A stretch of 47,913 nucleotides of DNA from an uncultured Methanosarcinales archaeon (lineage in GTDB: Archaea; Nanobdellota; Nanobdellia; Woesearchaeales; CAZZGN01). Made by a program: the position numbers and the translations under genes. The notes below the pieces were generated by a model. It searched no databases, was not told where the DNA came from, and worked only from the letters and a program-made list of their open reading frames with translations. Below are positions 24,950-32,873 of this stretch, in pieces. The DNA lies in assembly GCA_964654165.1 (NCBI GenBank), contig CAZZGN010000001.1, forward strand, positions 1 to 47,913, in the 5' to 3' direction. The first letter of the stretch is position 1; each line of letters opens with the position of its first letter.

Positions 24950-25193
24950 TTTTCTCTCCTTCTATAATGGCTAGCCTCTCCTCAATGGAGTCTAACCTCT
25001 GTGATTGATTAGCGTAATCAAGAAGCTTTTCAATAGCAACCCATCCTTTGTTACCTGCATGCCCCTTGGCGTAAGAAATAAAGCGAAAGTAAAGAGAACT
25101 AGGACAATTATAGATAACAAGGTTCTTACTATCCTCAGCACCAAGTCCCAAGCCTTCTTTAAGTCCTATCTCTTTATCTTTCTCTTTAGTCAT
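24936..25193 (-). CDS. hypothetical protein
   Basis: ATG at 25193 (MTKEKDKEIG...) overlaps the upstream TAA by 1 nt (TAATG). 85 aa. Confidence 0.45.
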   Translation of the reverse strand: MTKEKDKEIGLKEGLGLGAEDSKNLVIYNCPSSLYFRFISYAKGHAGNKGWVAIEKLLDYANQSQRLDSIEERLAIIEGEKNGKI

Positions 25194-25738
25194 TAGCTTC
25201 CTGCTTTGTACTCTTCGTAGTAATCTGTTATGATACACTTAGCTGTTAGTGTTTCTTCAACACTTCCATCTTGTGTAAGTGATATCTCTCTGTCTGTTAC
25301 ATACGAGTTGTTCATTAAGATGTTAACTTGTTCACCACTTGAAGAACAATCATATAACTTAAAGAACAATGCTCTCTTAGTTCTACAACCAGAATTATCA
25401 GCACCTTCAATTCTGTTAAAGCCTGTTGCTCCAATACTAATTCCAGTTCCATATGCTAATTCACCTATATCTTCATCTTGGTAAATAAGCGTAAACTCGG
25501 CTGATTTTAGCTCTGGACGCTTTTCATCCATCGCCTGATTATCTCCAAACAAGTTGAGTAACTCAACATCGAATGTACCACCACCAAGTCGTACTTCTTT
25601 ACATCTTCCAGTATAATCCGAGCCAGTTGCACTTGCATCGAATTGTGTCTCTAGGCTAGTTGTCGTCCCAATAGGAGTAAAAGCCTGCCCCATTTTCACG
25701 GTAGCTTCCCTGCTGTACCAAAGGTCTTGTAATGCCAT
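25193..25738 (-). CDS. major tail (tube) protein candidate
   Basis: 181 aa. Its position upstream of the G/T chaperones and tape measure supports a synteny-based call. Confidence 0.5.
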   Translation of the reverse strand: MALQDLWYSREATVKMGQAFTPIGTTTSLETQFDASATGSDYTGRCKEVRLGGGTFDVELLNLFGDNQAMDEKRPELKSAEFTLIYQDEDIGELAYGTGISIGATGFNRIEGADNSGCRTKRALFFKLYDCSSSGEQVNILMNNSYVTDREISLTQDGSVEETLTAKCIITDYYEEYKAGS

Positions 25739-25756
25739 TTTATTTTTCCTTATTTA

Positions 25757-25981
25757 TTAATTTATTTTACTTTTTACTAGCCACTTCTTTCGTGACCTTG
25801 TTTTTTTGGCAGCCTTCTCAATGGGCACGCTCTTCTTATTATCCTTAATTATTTCTACTTTAGTTCTCAATTCCGAAGCCATAACCTCGGGCCTTGTTAT
25901 TGGAACTTCCTTAGTATCTTGAGGATTTATCTTGATTCCTTTTATCCAGATAGCACCTTTACATGTATTTTTTAGTTTCAT
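25757..25981 (-). CDS. small basic protein (tail terminator/neck candidate)
   Basis: ATG at 25981 (MKLKNTCKG...) lies 1 nt after the upstream stop. The longer track ORF 25757-26206 overlaps the gp10-like gene out of frame. Confidence 0.4.
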   Translation of the reverse strand: MKLKNTCKGAIWIKGIKINPQDTKEVPITRPEVMASELRTKVEIIKDNKKSVPIEKAAKKTRSRKKWLVKSKIN

Positions 25982-25982
25982 T

Positions 25983-26429
25983 TTATATCTTAGTTGTAGC
26001 TGAAAACATTCTACGCTTAAGTTGATTATCAAGCCATGGTGCAAATTCTTGTAAACCCAAGTCCATAAAAGGAGTAGATTTACTAACATGAACAAATTTA
26101 CTATCAGGCATACTATATCCTGCTTTTGTATGAAGCCATATTGACTTAATATCGTGACCTTTATATCCATATGCTTGAAACTTTGCATATTCTCTACCCA
26201 ATCCATTACCAGCTGTAATCTCCCAAGTATTTCTATTTACTGCTCTTGAAGTGATAGATGCTTTCAAAGCACCAGTAGCTACAGGTGTATTTTTTCTTAT
26301 AGCTGATGCATATACTTCTCCACCCTCATGTGCTAAATCATTAGTCATATATCTAAGGTCACCTTCAAATTTACTGATTCTATTCATATATCTTTTAATA
26401 TCAGATGTTTTAACATTTATAGAAATCAT
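25983..26429 (-). CDS. HK97 gp10-like tail completion/neck protein
   Basis: IRKNTPVATGALKASI matches the tP-x-x-TG-x-L-x-x-SI signature of the HK97-gp10 family. Confidence 0.55.
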   Translation of the reverse strand: MISINVKTSDIKRYMNRISKFEGDLRYMTNDLAHEGGEVYASAIRKNTPVATGALKASITSRAVNRNTWEITAGNGLGREYAKFQAYGYKGHDIKSIWLHTKAGYSMPDSKFVHVSKSTPFMDLGLQEFAPWLDNQLKRRMFSATTKI

Positions 26430-26884
26430 CGTATATATTTAAAAGTAATTGTCATTTCCTTTATCCTAAGTAGTTCTGCAAATCCATCAATGTAACCATC
26501 ATTATTTCTACTTTGACAGCTTTCATATATCAATCCCTCTTTGTAAAGTGAATTAGTTCCATCATCATTAGAGTCATCTTGTAAGATAACCTTAATTTCA
26601 TCAGCAATATCATCTCGTTGTTCAATACCTTTTGCCCAAACCATAAGTCCAAGAACATATTTTATAGCAAAGCCATCTCTAAAGGATATTTGGTCTTCAG
26701 TACAAGATGATTGGTCAAGAACAACAGTAGGAAGATTAGAACTTTGATTCTTAACAGGACTTTTAAGTATCCAATCACTTCCAGAACGAGTTCCAAGTGG
26801 GTCAGTGAGGTTTTCTCTAAGGACATCTCTTATGAACAAAATACCATTATTTTCTAAGGTCCCTCTAGTTACGGTAAATACCAT
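26426..26884 (-). CDS. neck/head-tail adaptor candidate
   Basis: ATG at 26884 (MVFTVTRG...) lies 6 nt after GGAGAA. The call is by position only. Confidence 0.4.
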   Translation of the reverse strand: MVFTVTRGTLENNGILFIRDVLRENLTDPLGTRSGSDWILKSPVKNQSSNLPTVVLDQSSCTEDQISFRDGFAIKYVLGLMVWAKGIEQRDDIADEIKVILQDDSNDDGTNSLYKEGLIYESCQSRNNDGYIDGFAELLRIKEMTITFKYIR

Positions 26885-26984
26885 TGCAGTTTCTCCAATG
26901 AGTTGCTGTCTACACCCCTCCAAAGAAAGGTGTTTGCTAATGCCTCCAATGAGGCAAGTATTTAAGGTTGGCTACATTTAAAAA

Positions 26985-27362
26985 TCAAAGACTTTCATTT
27001 GATTCATCAAGATATGCCTTTGTATATACCAATCCATCAGCAAGATTATAAGGACTTACTTTTTTTATCTTGTAATTAAGTGAGTTATATTCAATGTAAT
27101 TACCAACACTTAATCCTTGGGTGGAAGTAACAGAATCAGGAAAATACATGACAAGGTCAGCATCACCAAGTCCACCAACATCTGACTCAATATCTTTAGT
27201 ACCACCCCTATTGAGCTTAGCATATACCCTATATTCTGTAGGAGTACCCGAAATATCATCTTGTTCATTGCGAGTAAAGGTAATTGCTTTGATAGTAACT
27301 TCTTCTTGAGATATACTTAGTATCTTCGCAAATCCACTACGAGCCATACTAAAGGCACTCAT
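26985..27362 (-). CDS. head closure / head-tail joining protein candidate
   Basis: 125 aa. Its size, position and C-terminal NYIEYNSLNYKIKKVSPY pattern resemble SPP1 gp16 / Phage_H_T_join proteins. Confidence 0.45.
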   Translation of the reverse strand: MSAFSMARSGFAKILSISQEEVTIKAITFTRNEQDDISGTPTEYRVYAKLNRGGTKDIESDVGGLGDADLVMYFPDSVTSTQGLSVGNYIEYNSLNYKIKKVSPYNLADGLVYTKAYLDESNESL

Positions 27363-28054
27363 TGTAAAACAAAACCTCCAGTATCAAGATAATTAAGTCC
27401 TATCTGCTCTGCACTTTCAAGTAATTCACCACTATTGATAAGTCTTATAATTTCTTCATATGTTTGTGACCACAATCCAAATGGACTGTTCTTACTTTGT
27501 CCACCTGCATAAGCAGTTATTGCAAAGTCACCAAGGTCTAGTTTTTGATAATCATCAGCACGAATCTTCATATACGCTAGGGACGCTGATAACGCTTTGC
27601 ACGCATCTTTTATAAGTCTATGGGGGGTAGACTCATCAAGCGGTGCCCTAGCATAAGTTATGAAGATATTTGTGGATGAAACAGGGGCGGAAGCGAGTGT
27701 GATTTTTCCATATTGCCAATCTACTGCAGAAACAACAGCCTCAGTTTTAAGTCTTGTTGATGTATCGTAAAGCCAAACCGTTACATCATTTTCATCAACA
27801 TCACCATCATTATCGTAATCTCCAATATAGTACTTATAAGAATCTTGTACATAGTAAACGGTATTAGAACCATCAATCTTATTCTCACGGTATTGGTCTA
27901 TATATAATGCTCTTTCCTCTCGTATAATCAAATTTATATCAGCGTTAAGTCTTGCTGTAGCTGATGTTATAACAGCATTCATTTGTGATGTAGTAACATC
28001 TGAACTAGTTACACCACTCATTGCAAATATTTCATTAGCTGTGCAATAAACCAT
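27359..28054 (-). CDS. gp6-like head-tail connector with Ca-binding-type insertion
   Basis: The N-terminus YCTANEIFAMSGVTSSDVTTSQMNAVITSATARLNADIN resembles Phage_connect_1. Contains a DYDNDGDVDENDV motif (27785-27820). Confidence 0.45.
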   Translation of the reverse strand: MVYCTANEIFAMSGVTSSDVTTSQMNAVITSATARLNADINLIIREERALYIDQYRENKIDGSNTVYYVQDSYKYYIGDYDNDGDVDENDVTVWLYDTSTRLKTEAVVSAVDWQYGKITLASAPVSSTNIFITYARAPLDESTPHRLIKDACKALSASLAYMKIRADDYQKLDLGDFAITAYAGGQSKNSPFGLWSQTYEEIIRLINSGELLESAEQIGLNYLDTGGFVLQ

Positions 28055-28056
28055 GA

Positions 28057-28212
28057 TTATTTGTGATATACTCCAGTCGTATTACTTCCGTTATGGTACA
28101 CACTTATAACATTACTCATTGGTACTTTCTCAGTTTCTAATGCACCAACAACCTCAGCATCTGTCCCTATTAACGTAGTATATCTTCCGTATTGTGTTTT
28201 AGCTACAACCAT
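28057..28212 (-). CDS. 51-aa hypothetical protein
   Basis: Hand-translated: MVVAKTQYGRYTTLIGTDAEVVGALETEKVPMSNVISVYHNGSNTTGVYHK. TGAGGT lies 5 nt upstream of the ATG. It fills the gap between flanking genes. Confidence 0.45.
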   Translation of the reverse strand: MVVAKTQYGRYTTLIGTDAEVVGALETEKVPMSNVISVYHNGSNTTGVYHK

Positions 28213-28253
28213 AATTACCTCACTTAAGTTAGAACCAATTACATTTATAAACG

Positions 28254-28619
28254 TTATTGCTTCATGGCCAAAGCTTTAAAGTTTACAATAAGTCTTGTTT
28301 CTATGGCAAATAGATGGTCAAACCATTTCTTATTCCATTCACCAAGATAATTATTATAAGTCCCTGCAACAAGAACAACAGGAACAGGTTCAAGAATAGT
28401 ACCTGCATAGAATCCAAAATGTCTTGCACCATTGGCAGTATCAACAGTAATAACATCTCCAAATTCATAGTTACCTCTAATTAATCCAGCAATATATCGC
28501 CCATCTTTATCAGCCTTCTTTTTCTCTTCAGGTGATGTTCTTAGCGTTGCCCCAGCGGAAGCCATTCTACCAGCTCGTTCGATACTGGAAATCGCTTTAA
28601 TTCCTCTATCGTCCTGCAT
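28254..28619 (-). CDS. hypothetical protein
   Basis: 121-aa track ORF. An alternative ATG lies at 28565. It overlaps the GT2 3' end. Confidence 0.45.
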   Translation of the reverse strand: MQDDRGIKAISSIERAGRMASAGATLRTSPEEKKKADKDGRYIAGLIRGNYEFGDVITVDTANGARHFGFYAGTILEPVPVVLVAGTYNNYLGEWNKKWFDHLFAIETRLIVNFKALAMKQ

Positions 28620-29275
28620 TTTGCTTTTTCATAATATATAGCCTGAACTGGATTTGCATCAAAGGTAATAGAGTCTAAATGATTGCGATACAAGTACAAT
28701 GGTAAATCAGTATAAGCAAATTTAGCTCCTGTTATAGCACATTTACAGATAAAGTCAAAGTCCATACTCGCTGGAAACTTTTCATCATAATCAATGTTTT
28801 GATATAACTCATTCTTGACAACTAAACTACCTGTTCCTACCATTGGTCTTTCTAAAAATGCTTCTAAACTAAAGTCCCTGTTTGGAGTATAAACCATCTG
28901 GTTATTTAAGGCAAGTGTATACCTAGCAGAATACCCCATATCTGCATCTGTTTCTTCCATCATCTGGCTATACATCTCCAAAGCACACGGAACTAGCATG
29001 TCATCATCATCAAAAAATTTAACAATCGGAGCAGATACTTTGTCTTTAATAAAATTCAATGCTCCTGATTTTCCCTTGGCTCCTCCATTTTCATAAACCT
29101 TAATACGCCTATCTGCGACAGTTGATAATATAAAGTTGGTATTGTCTTTACAATAATCTTGTACAATTACACATTCCCAATCATTAATGGTCTGATTCAT
29201 AATACTTGAAAGTAACCCCTTTAGAAGATGTCCACGGTCTTTAGTTGCTACTACAACTGCTATTCTTGGTGTCAT
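28541..29275 (-). CDS. family-2 (GT-A) glycosyltransferase
   Basis: IAVVVATKDRGHLLKGLLSSIMNQT...ECVIVQDYCKDNT...FFDDDDML, the classical GT2 N-terminal pattern with a DxD motif. Confidence 0.8.
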   Translation of the reverse strand: MTPRIAVVVATKDRGHLLKGLLSSIMNQTINDWECVIVQDYCKDNTNFILSTVADRRIKVYENGGAKGKSGALNFIKDKVSAPIVKFFDDDDMLVPCALEMYSQMMEETDADMGYSARYTLALNNQMVYTPNRDFSLEAFLERPMVGTGSLVVKNELYQNIDYDEKFPASMDFDFICKCAITGAKFAYTDLPLYLYRNHLDSITFDANPVQAIYYEKAKCRTIEELKRFPVSNELVEWLPLGQR

Positions 29276-29288
29276 TTTAATTCAGTAG

Positions 29289-29834
29289 TCATTGTTTTTT
29301 GAATACAATAAAATATGCACTTTTACCAGTTCTCCAAATAAGTTCTTCCTCAGTATATGTACCATGCAGAGGACCGAAGGTTCTCTGTTTTCCTGTGTTT
29401 AAAAAATAATGCCGTAAGGCATTTGGTGGATACGGCTTAATATGTGAGAAATCTGTATAGAAATGTTCATTCATCATTGGTGTTCTGATAACAATAATAC
29501 CACCTGGTTTTACTAAGAAATCCATACAAGCCATTACTTTATGTGCATCTTCAGGAACCATGTGTTCAATTACATGCGAACAATAGACCCCATCAAATGA
29601 CTGCTTATCCATATCAAGTTTAAGATTCCTTATATCTCTTCTATAAACCTTATATCCCTCATTTTTAATCTGTTTAATACTATCATAATTCCAATCAAGT
29701 CCAGTTACAGTATCTTTATTAGGAAACATTTTTAGAAATGCACCTTCACCACAACCTAAGTCTAAAACGTTATCACAATTCTTTAACAAGACATATGCCC
29801 TTTCATCAATTTGTTCACGAGTAAATTCAATCAT
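29289..29834 (-). CDS. class I SAM-dependent methyltransferase
   Basis: Motif I VLDLGCGEGAF, FDGVYCSHVIEH and VKPGGIIVIRTP. Confidence 0.8.
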   Translation of the reverse strand: MIEFTREQIDERAYVLLKNCDNVLDLGCGEGAFLKMFPNKDTVTGLDWNYDSIKQIKNEGYKVYRRDIRNLKLDMDKQSFDGVYCSHVIEHMVPEDAHKVMACMDFLVKPGGIIVIRTPMMNEHFYTDFSHIKPYPPNALRHYFLNTGKQRTFGPLHGTYTEEELIWRTGKSAYFIVFKKQ

Positions 29835-30886
29835 TCTTTATAGACCTCCTTGTACGCCTTAATCAATTGAGGTAATACCGAAGTTTCTAAATCATGTACT
29901 TTGATAGCATAATTTCTTGCTTCTTTACCTATCTCAAATCTTAATTCTGGGTCCTCTTTTAAAGCAGTAATTGTATCTTCAAGTATAACTCTATCAGATA
30001 TAACAAAAGGTAATTCCTTACCATAACGTTCTACTGCAGCATCATAATATTGTTTATTAAGATTACATATACATGGGATACCCATCGAAGCAAACTCAGC
30101 AGTATTAACTCCATAATATCCCTGAAGGTGGTCAAATCCAACGTGACATCTTTGTTTCATCCAAAGACATTCTTCCCAAGGTGTATCAGTCATGAGTATT
30201 AGTCTCATATTCCTTTTTGACTTTGAATTAAGTACTTGAACAGACTTAGCAAGATAATCAGTATCTAACTGTTTTATACTAGGATTATAATCAACCTTAC
30301 CATGTTCTTGAAATATATCTTGAACTAAATCAGTATCCTTAATCTCCCATCTATGTACTTCTCCAGGTGCATGACCAACAGCAAAATAAGGGAACTTATC
30401 TTCAATAGGAATAGGCATAAATCTCGGGTCATTAGTAGGGATTGGAAATGGAAGCCATTCAGTCCTACACACTTCATCATCTAAGTAATCAAACATAATA
30501 GGCATAGTAACAAGAGTTTTATATTTATTCTCTTCTACCTCTTTTCTTATAGGTGGGGTTCTTCTGAATACTGTACCATGAAACTGCATTATAACTTTCT
30601 TACCTTGCTTAACATACTCTCTAAAATCAACATTACCTATTCCACAAGACGGTGGCCATATGTTAAAGTGAAGAATATCAGCCCAATCACACAATGCCCT
30701 AAGTTTTGTTTCATCAAGATTAGCATCCCATAAATATTCAAAAGGATATTCTCTTGTATTGAGATGACGAATAACAGAATGAGCTTCATGTTTAGTGTTA
30801 GCATTGATGGAATCACAGAGCATCTTACTAATTCCACATGTGTCCTCAGAATTAATGTTCAGGATGTTCATAATATCATATTGCAA
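29831..30886 (-). CDS. GT-B fold glycosyltransferase (GT1/GT4-like)
   Basis: The C-terminal YGVNTAEFASMGIPCICN...ALKEDPELRFEIGKEARNYA fits the E-x7-E region of GT4-type enzymes. The track start is TTG 30886, and the first ATG is 30871. The IS hairpin begins 6 nt upstream of the TTG. Confidence 0.6.
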   Translation of the reverse strand: MQYDIMNILNINSEDTCGISKMLCDSINANTKHEAHSVIRHLNTREYPFEYLWDANLDETKLRALCDWADILHFNIWPPSCGIGNVDFREYVKQGKKVIMQFHGTVFRRTPPIRKEVEENKYKTLVTMPIMFDYLDDEVCRTEWLPFPIPTNDPRFMPIPIEDKFPYFAVGHAPGEVHRWEIKDTDLVQDIFQEHGKVDYNPSIKQLDTDYLAKSVQVLNSKSKRNMRLILMTDTPWEECLWMKQRCHVGFDHLQGYYGVNTAEFASMGIPCICNLNKQYYDAAVERYGKELPFVISDRVILEDTITALKEDPELRFEIGKEARNYAIKVHDLETSVLPQLIKAYKEVYKE

Positions 30887-30891
30887 GGAAA

Positions 30892-30912
30892 CTCACCTGC
30901 TTTAGCGGTGAG
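30892..30912 (+). repeat. IS200/IS605 subterminal hairpin (LE of element 2)
   Basis: CTCACC-TGCTTTAGC-GGTGAG, identical to the element-1 RE hairpin read in element orientation. Confidence 0.7.
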
Positions 30913-30975
30913 AGGAATTGCAATGTTGCCCTTTAATGAGTTTTTATACTTAGTATTGCTAACTAATGAATATAA

Positions 30976-32046
30976 ATGAAACGAGCTATTAAACTGGTCT
31001 TGCCCTACGACAAGCGTGTTGCCAAGACAGTTATCACCTACAACAAAGCCTGTAACTTCATTATGAAACGAGGTTACGAGCTGGGGACTTTCAACAAGCT
31101 CAAGCTCCACCATGCCACTTATAAGGAAACTCGTAAGCGGTTTCCCAATCTTACAAGTAGTCTTGTTTGTGCTGCTCGTGACCAAGCCAGTGATATGCTC
31201 AAGCGAGAAAAGCTCGAAATTCTCCCCGTCAAAAAAGAGTTCTCTTCCATCCGATACAATTTGAGAACTTTCCATCTCTACCTTGACAAAGGTATTATAA
31301 CTTTGTCCACGTTGTTTGGTCGTATCAAGCTTCCAATTACAATCCCTGCCCACTTTAAACCATATATCTCTTGGAGAATTGCAGGGACAACCCTCAGCAT
31401 CAAGAATGGTAAAATTATACTCAATCTTATTGCCGAAACTGATGACCCCGACAAGCTCGCCATCACTAAAGCAATCGGTATTGACCGAGGAATCATTAAC
31501 CCAGTCGTCACAAACGATGCTCAATTTTTTAACAGCCGAGAACTTCGTGCTGTCAAAGGTAAATATCAGTGGCTTAAATCGCAACTGCAAAGTAAAGGCA
31601 CTCGTTCCGCAAAGAGGCATCTTAAAGCTCTCAGTGGAAGAGAAAATCGGTTTGTTAGAGATGTGAACCACTGTATCAGTAAGCAAATAGCTACTAGCGA
31701 TGCTCAACTCTTCGTTCTCGAAAAGTTGCACATTAAGCGTAAAAAAAAGAATGGAAGGCGATTCAATAAGCTCTTGGGTAACTGGAGCTATATGCAATTC
31801 GAGCAGTTCCTCACCTACAAAGCTGACGCTTTGGGAAAAACTATCGAGCACATCAATCCCAAATATACCAGTCAGACTTGTAGTGCTTGCGGACAAATCC
31901 GAAAAGCTAATCGTAAAGGTGTTTGGTATTCCTGTAACAATTGCGGACAAACTATTAACTCCGACCTTAACGCTGCTAGAAACATCGTTGCTTTGAGCAA
32001 GTTCTTTAAGCAACAGGTTGCTGTCAACCAGCCAATCGTGACATGA
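30976..32046 (+). CDS. tnpB: TnpB RNA-guided endonuclease (IS605 OrfB family)
   Basis: RuvC I AIGIDRGI, RuvC II FVLEKLH, zinc finger CSACG...CNNCGQ and RuvC III NSDLNAARNI. 356 aa. It is a distinct lineage from TnpB-1. Confidence 0.85.
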   Translation: MKRAIKLVLPYDKRVAKTVITYNKACNFIMKRGYELGTFNKLKLHHATYKETRKRFPNLTSSLVCAARDQASDMLKREKLEILPVKKEFSSIRYNLRTFHLYLDKGIITLSTLFGRIKLPITIPAHFKPYISWRIAGTTLSIKNGKIILNLIAETDDPDKLAITKAIGIDRGIINPVVTNDAQFFNSRELRAVKGKYQWLKSQLQSKGTRSAKRHLKALSGRENRFVRDVNHCISKQIATSDAQLFVLEKLHIKRKKKNGRRFNKLLGNWSYMQFEQFLTYKADALGKTIEHINPKYTSQTCSACGQIRKANRKGVWYSCNNCGQTINSDLNAARNIVALSKFFKQQVAVNQPIVT

Positions 32047-32096
32047 ATTTATTTTCATAGTTACAAGCTCACCTCTTTAGGGGTGAGAAGTTGACA
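31950..32096 (+). ncRNA. predicted omega guide RNA scaffold of TnpB-2
   Basis: Inferred from the TnpB paradigm. The RE hairpin CTCACC-TCTTTAGG-GGTGAG at 32068-32087 is followed by AAGTTGACA. The extent is not verified. Confidence 0.3.
32068..32087 (+). repeat. IS200/IS605 subterminal hairpin (RE of element 2)
   Basis: Same 6-bp stem as the other two hairpins, with a different 8-nt loop. Confidence 0.65.
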
Positions 32097-32134
32097 ACTA
32101 CTTTAGATAATACTTTAATAAAAATAAAATGCTA

Positions 32135-32569
32135 TTATATTATAATAAAGTATGGATGTACATCATAATCAACTATTTTATTTGTCTGCGGTTCAACGTA
32201 AACTAAGTCTCCATAAGGTAATATAACAACATTAAGCATATGAGTCCCAGCATTAAGCTTAACAGCCGCCTCTCCGACAGCAATATTGCCAAATAATATA
32301 TGAAGAGTAGCAGAAGCAGTTCGTGCATAATCATCACAATCGTATTCGTTTTTCCTAAATTTTAACAATTTCAAAGCATTACTTTTGAATAATCTTTCTA
32401 TGTCACCATATGCAGGAGCAATATAGCTGTCATCAGTAACAAAATAATCTTTTACACCTGCACTCTTGATAGCTTTCCTAACATCATCGCTAAGAATAGT
32501 CGTAAAGTCTATGTCTTTCTGCATAAACAAACGCCTAAAGGCGTTAAAATTTAGTTGCATATTAAACAT
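32135..32569 (-). CDS. putative papain/transglutaminase-fold Cys peptidase-like protein
   Basis: EYDCDDYARTASATL ... AGTHMLNVVI ... VYVEPQT gives a possible Cys / His / acidic triad spacing. This is a weak call. Confidence 0.3.
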   Translation of the reverse strand: MFNMQLNFNAFRRLFMQKDIDFTTILSDDVRKAIKSAGVKDYFVTDDSYIAPAYGDIERLFKSNALKLLKFRKNEYDCDDYARTASATLHILFGNIAVGEAAVKLNAGTHMLNVVILPYGDLVYVEPQTNKIVDYDVHPYFIII

Positions 32570-32609
32570 TTTATTAGTATAATTTATGTGGTGGGCGTGT
32601 GTAAGAATT

Positions 32610-32627
32610 AAAAAAAAGAAAAGAAGC
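32610..32627 (-). terminator. oligo-T tract after small capsid-adjacent gene
   Basis: The minus strand reads GCTTCTTTTCTTTTTTTT immediately after the stop at 32628. No convincing hairpin is present. Confidence 0.3.
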
Positions 32628-32801
32628 TTAGGAAGACGATACCGTTTCCCAAGCTGAACCCGTGTAAATTCTCAAAGAGCCATCTCCAGACCTAACATAC
32701 ATATCACCTTGGGTTGCCGTATCAGGGTCCCCTGCTCTAGGTGTTATCTTAAATAGGTTTGCTGTGATTTTACCACTTCTGAATTTATATTTTCTTGACA
32801 T
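32628..32801 (-). CDS. 57-aa protein with fibre-tip-like motif (possible head decoration)
   Basis: Hand-translated: MSRKYKFRSGKITANLFKITPRAGDPDTATQGDMYVRSGDGSLRIYTGSAWETVSSS. GDMY...LRIYTGSAW resembles a motif recurrent in phage fibre proteins. Confidence 0.4.
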   Translation of the reverse strand: MSRKYKFRSGKITANLFKITPRAGDPDTATQGDMYVRSGDGSLRIYTGSAWETVSSS

Positions 32802-32820
32802 TTTTATTGTTTAGCACTTC

Positions 32821-32857
32821 TCCCTAAAAAAGGGAAACCGAGGGAATTACGTCCCTC
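32821..32857 (-). terminator. tandem hairpins downstream of the capsid gene
   Basis: The minus strand reads GAGGGA-cgtaat-TCCCTC, then ggtT-TCCCT-TTTTT-AGGGA. It starts 17 nt after the capsid gene stop. Confidence 0.4.
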
Positions 32858-32873
32858 ACCGCTAAGTTATTGT

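Larger units (their letters stand above)
30887..32096 (+). mobile_element. IS200/IS605-family tnpB-only element
   Basis: Hairpins flank the tnpB gene at 30892-30912 (LE side) and 32068-32087 (RE side). G+C is visibly higher than in the flanking genes. It is oriented antisense to the late operon. The exact ends are not determined. Confidence 0.6.

Noticed and set aside
30868-32058. A 396-aa ORF on the minus strand, co-extensive with TnpB-2 and co-directional with the late operon.
   Set aside because: It is the exact antisense of a gene with clear RuvC and zinc-finger motifs. Its product is Ser/Leu/Val-rich low-complexity sequence with no motif, which is typical of a mirror-frame artefact. I could only revisit this with ribosome-profiling evidence.
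32135-32569. The Cys-His protein was considered as the missing endolysin (CHAP/NlpC-like or pseudomurein-endoisopeptidase-like).
   Set aside because: It has no wall-binding domain, sits in the head module rather than next to the membrane proteins, and the motif match is loose. I kept it only as a low-confidence peptidase-fold call.
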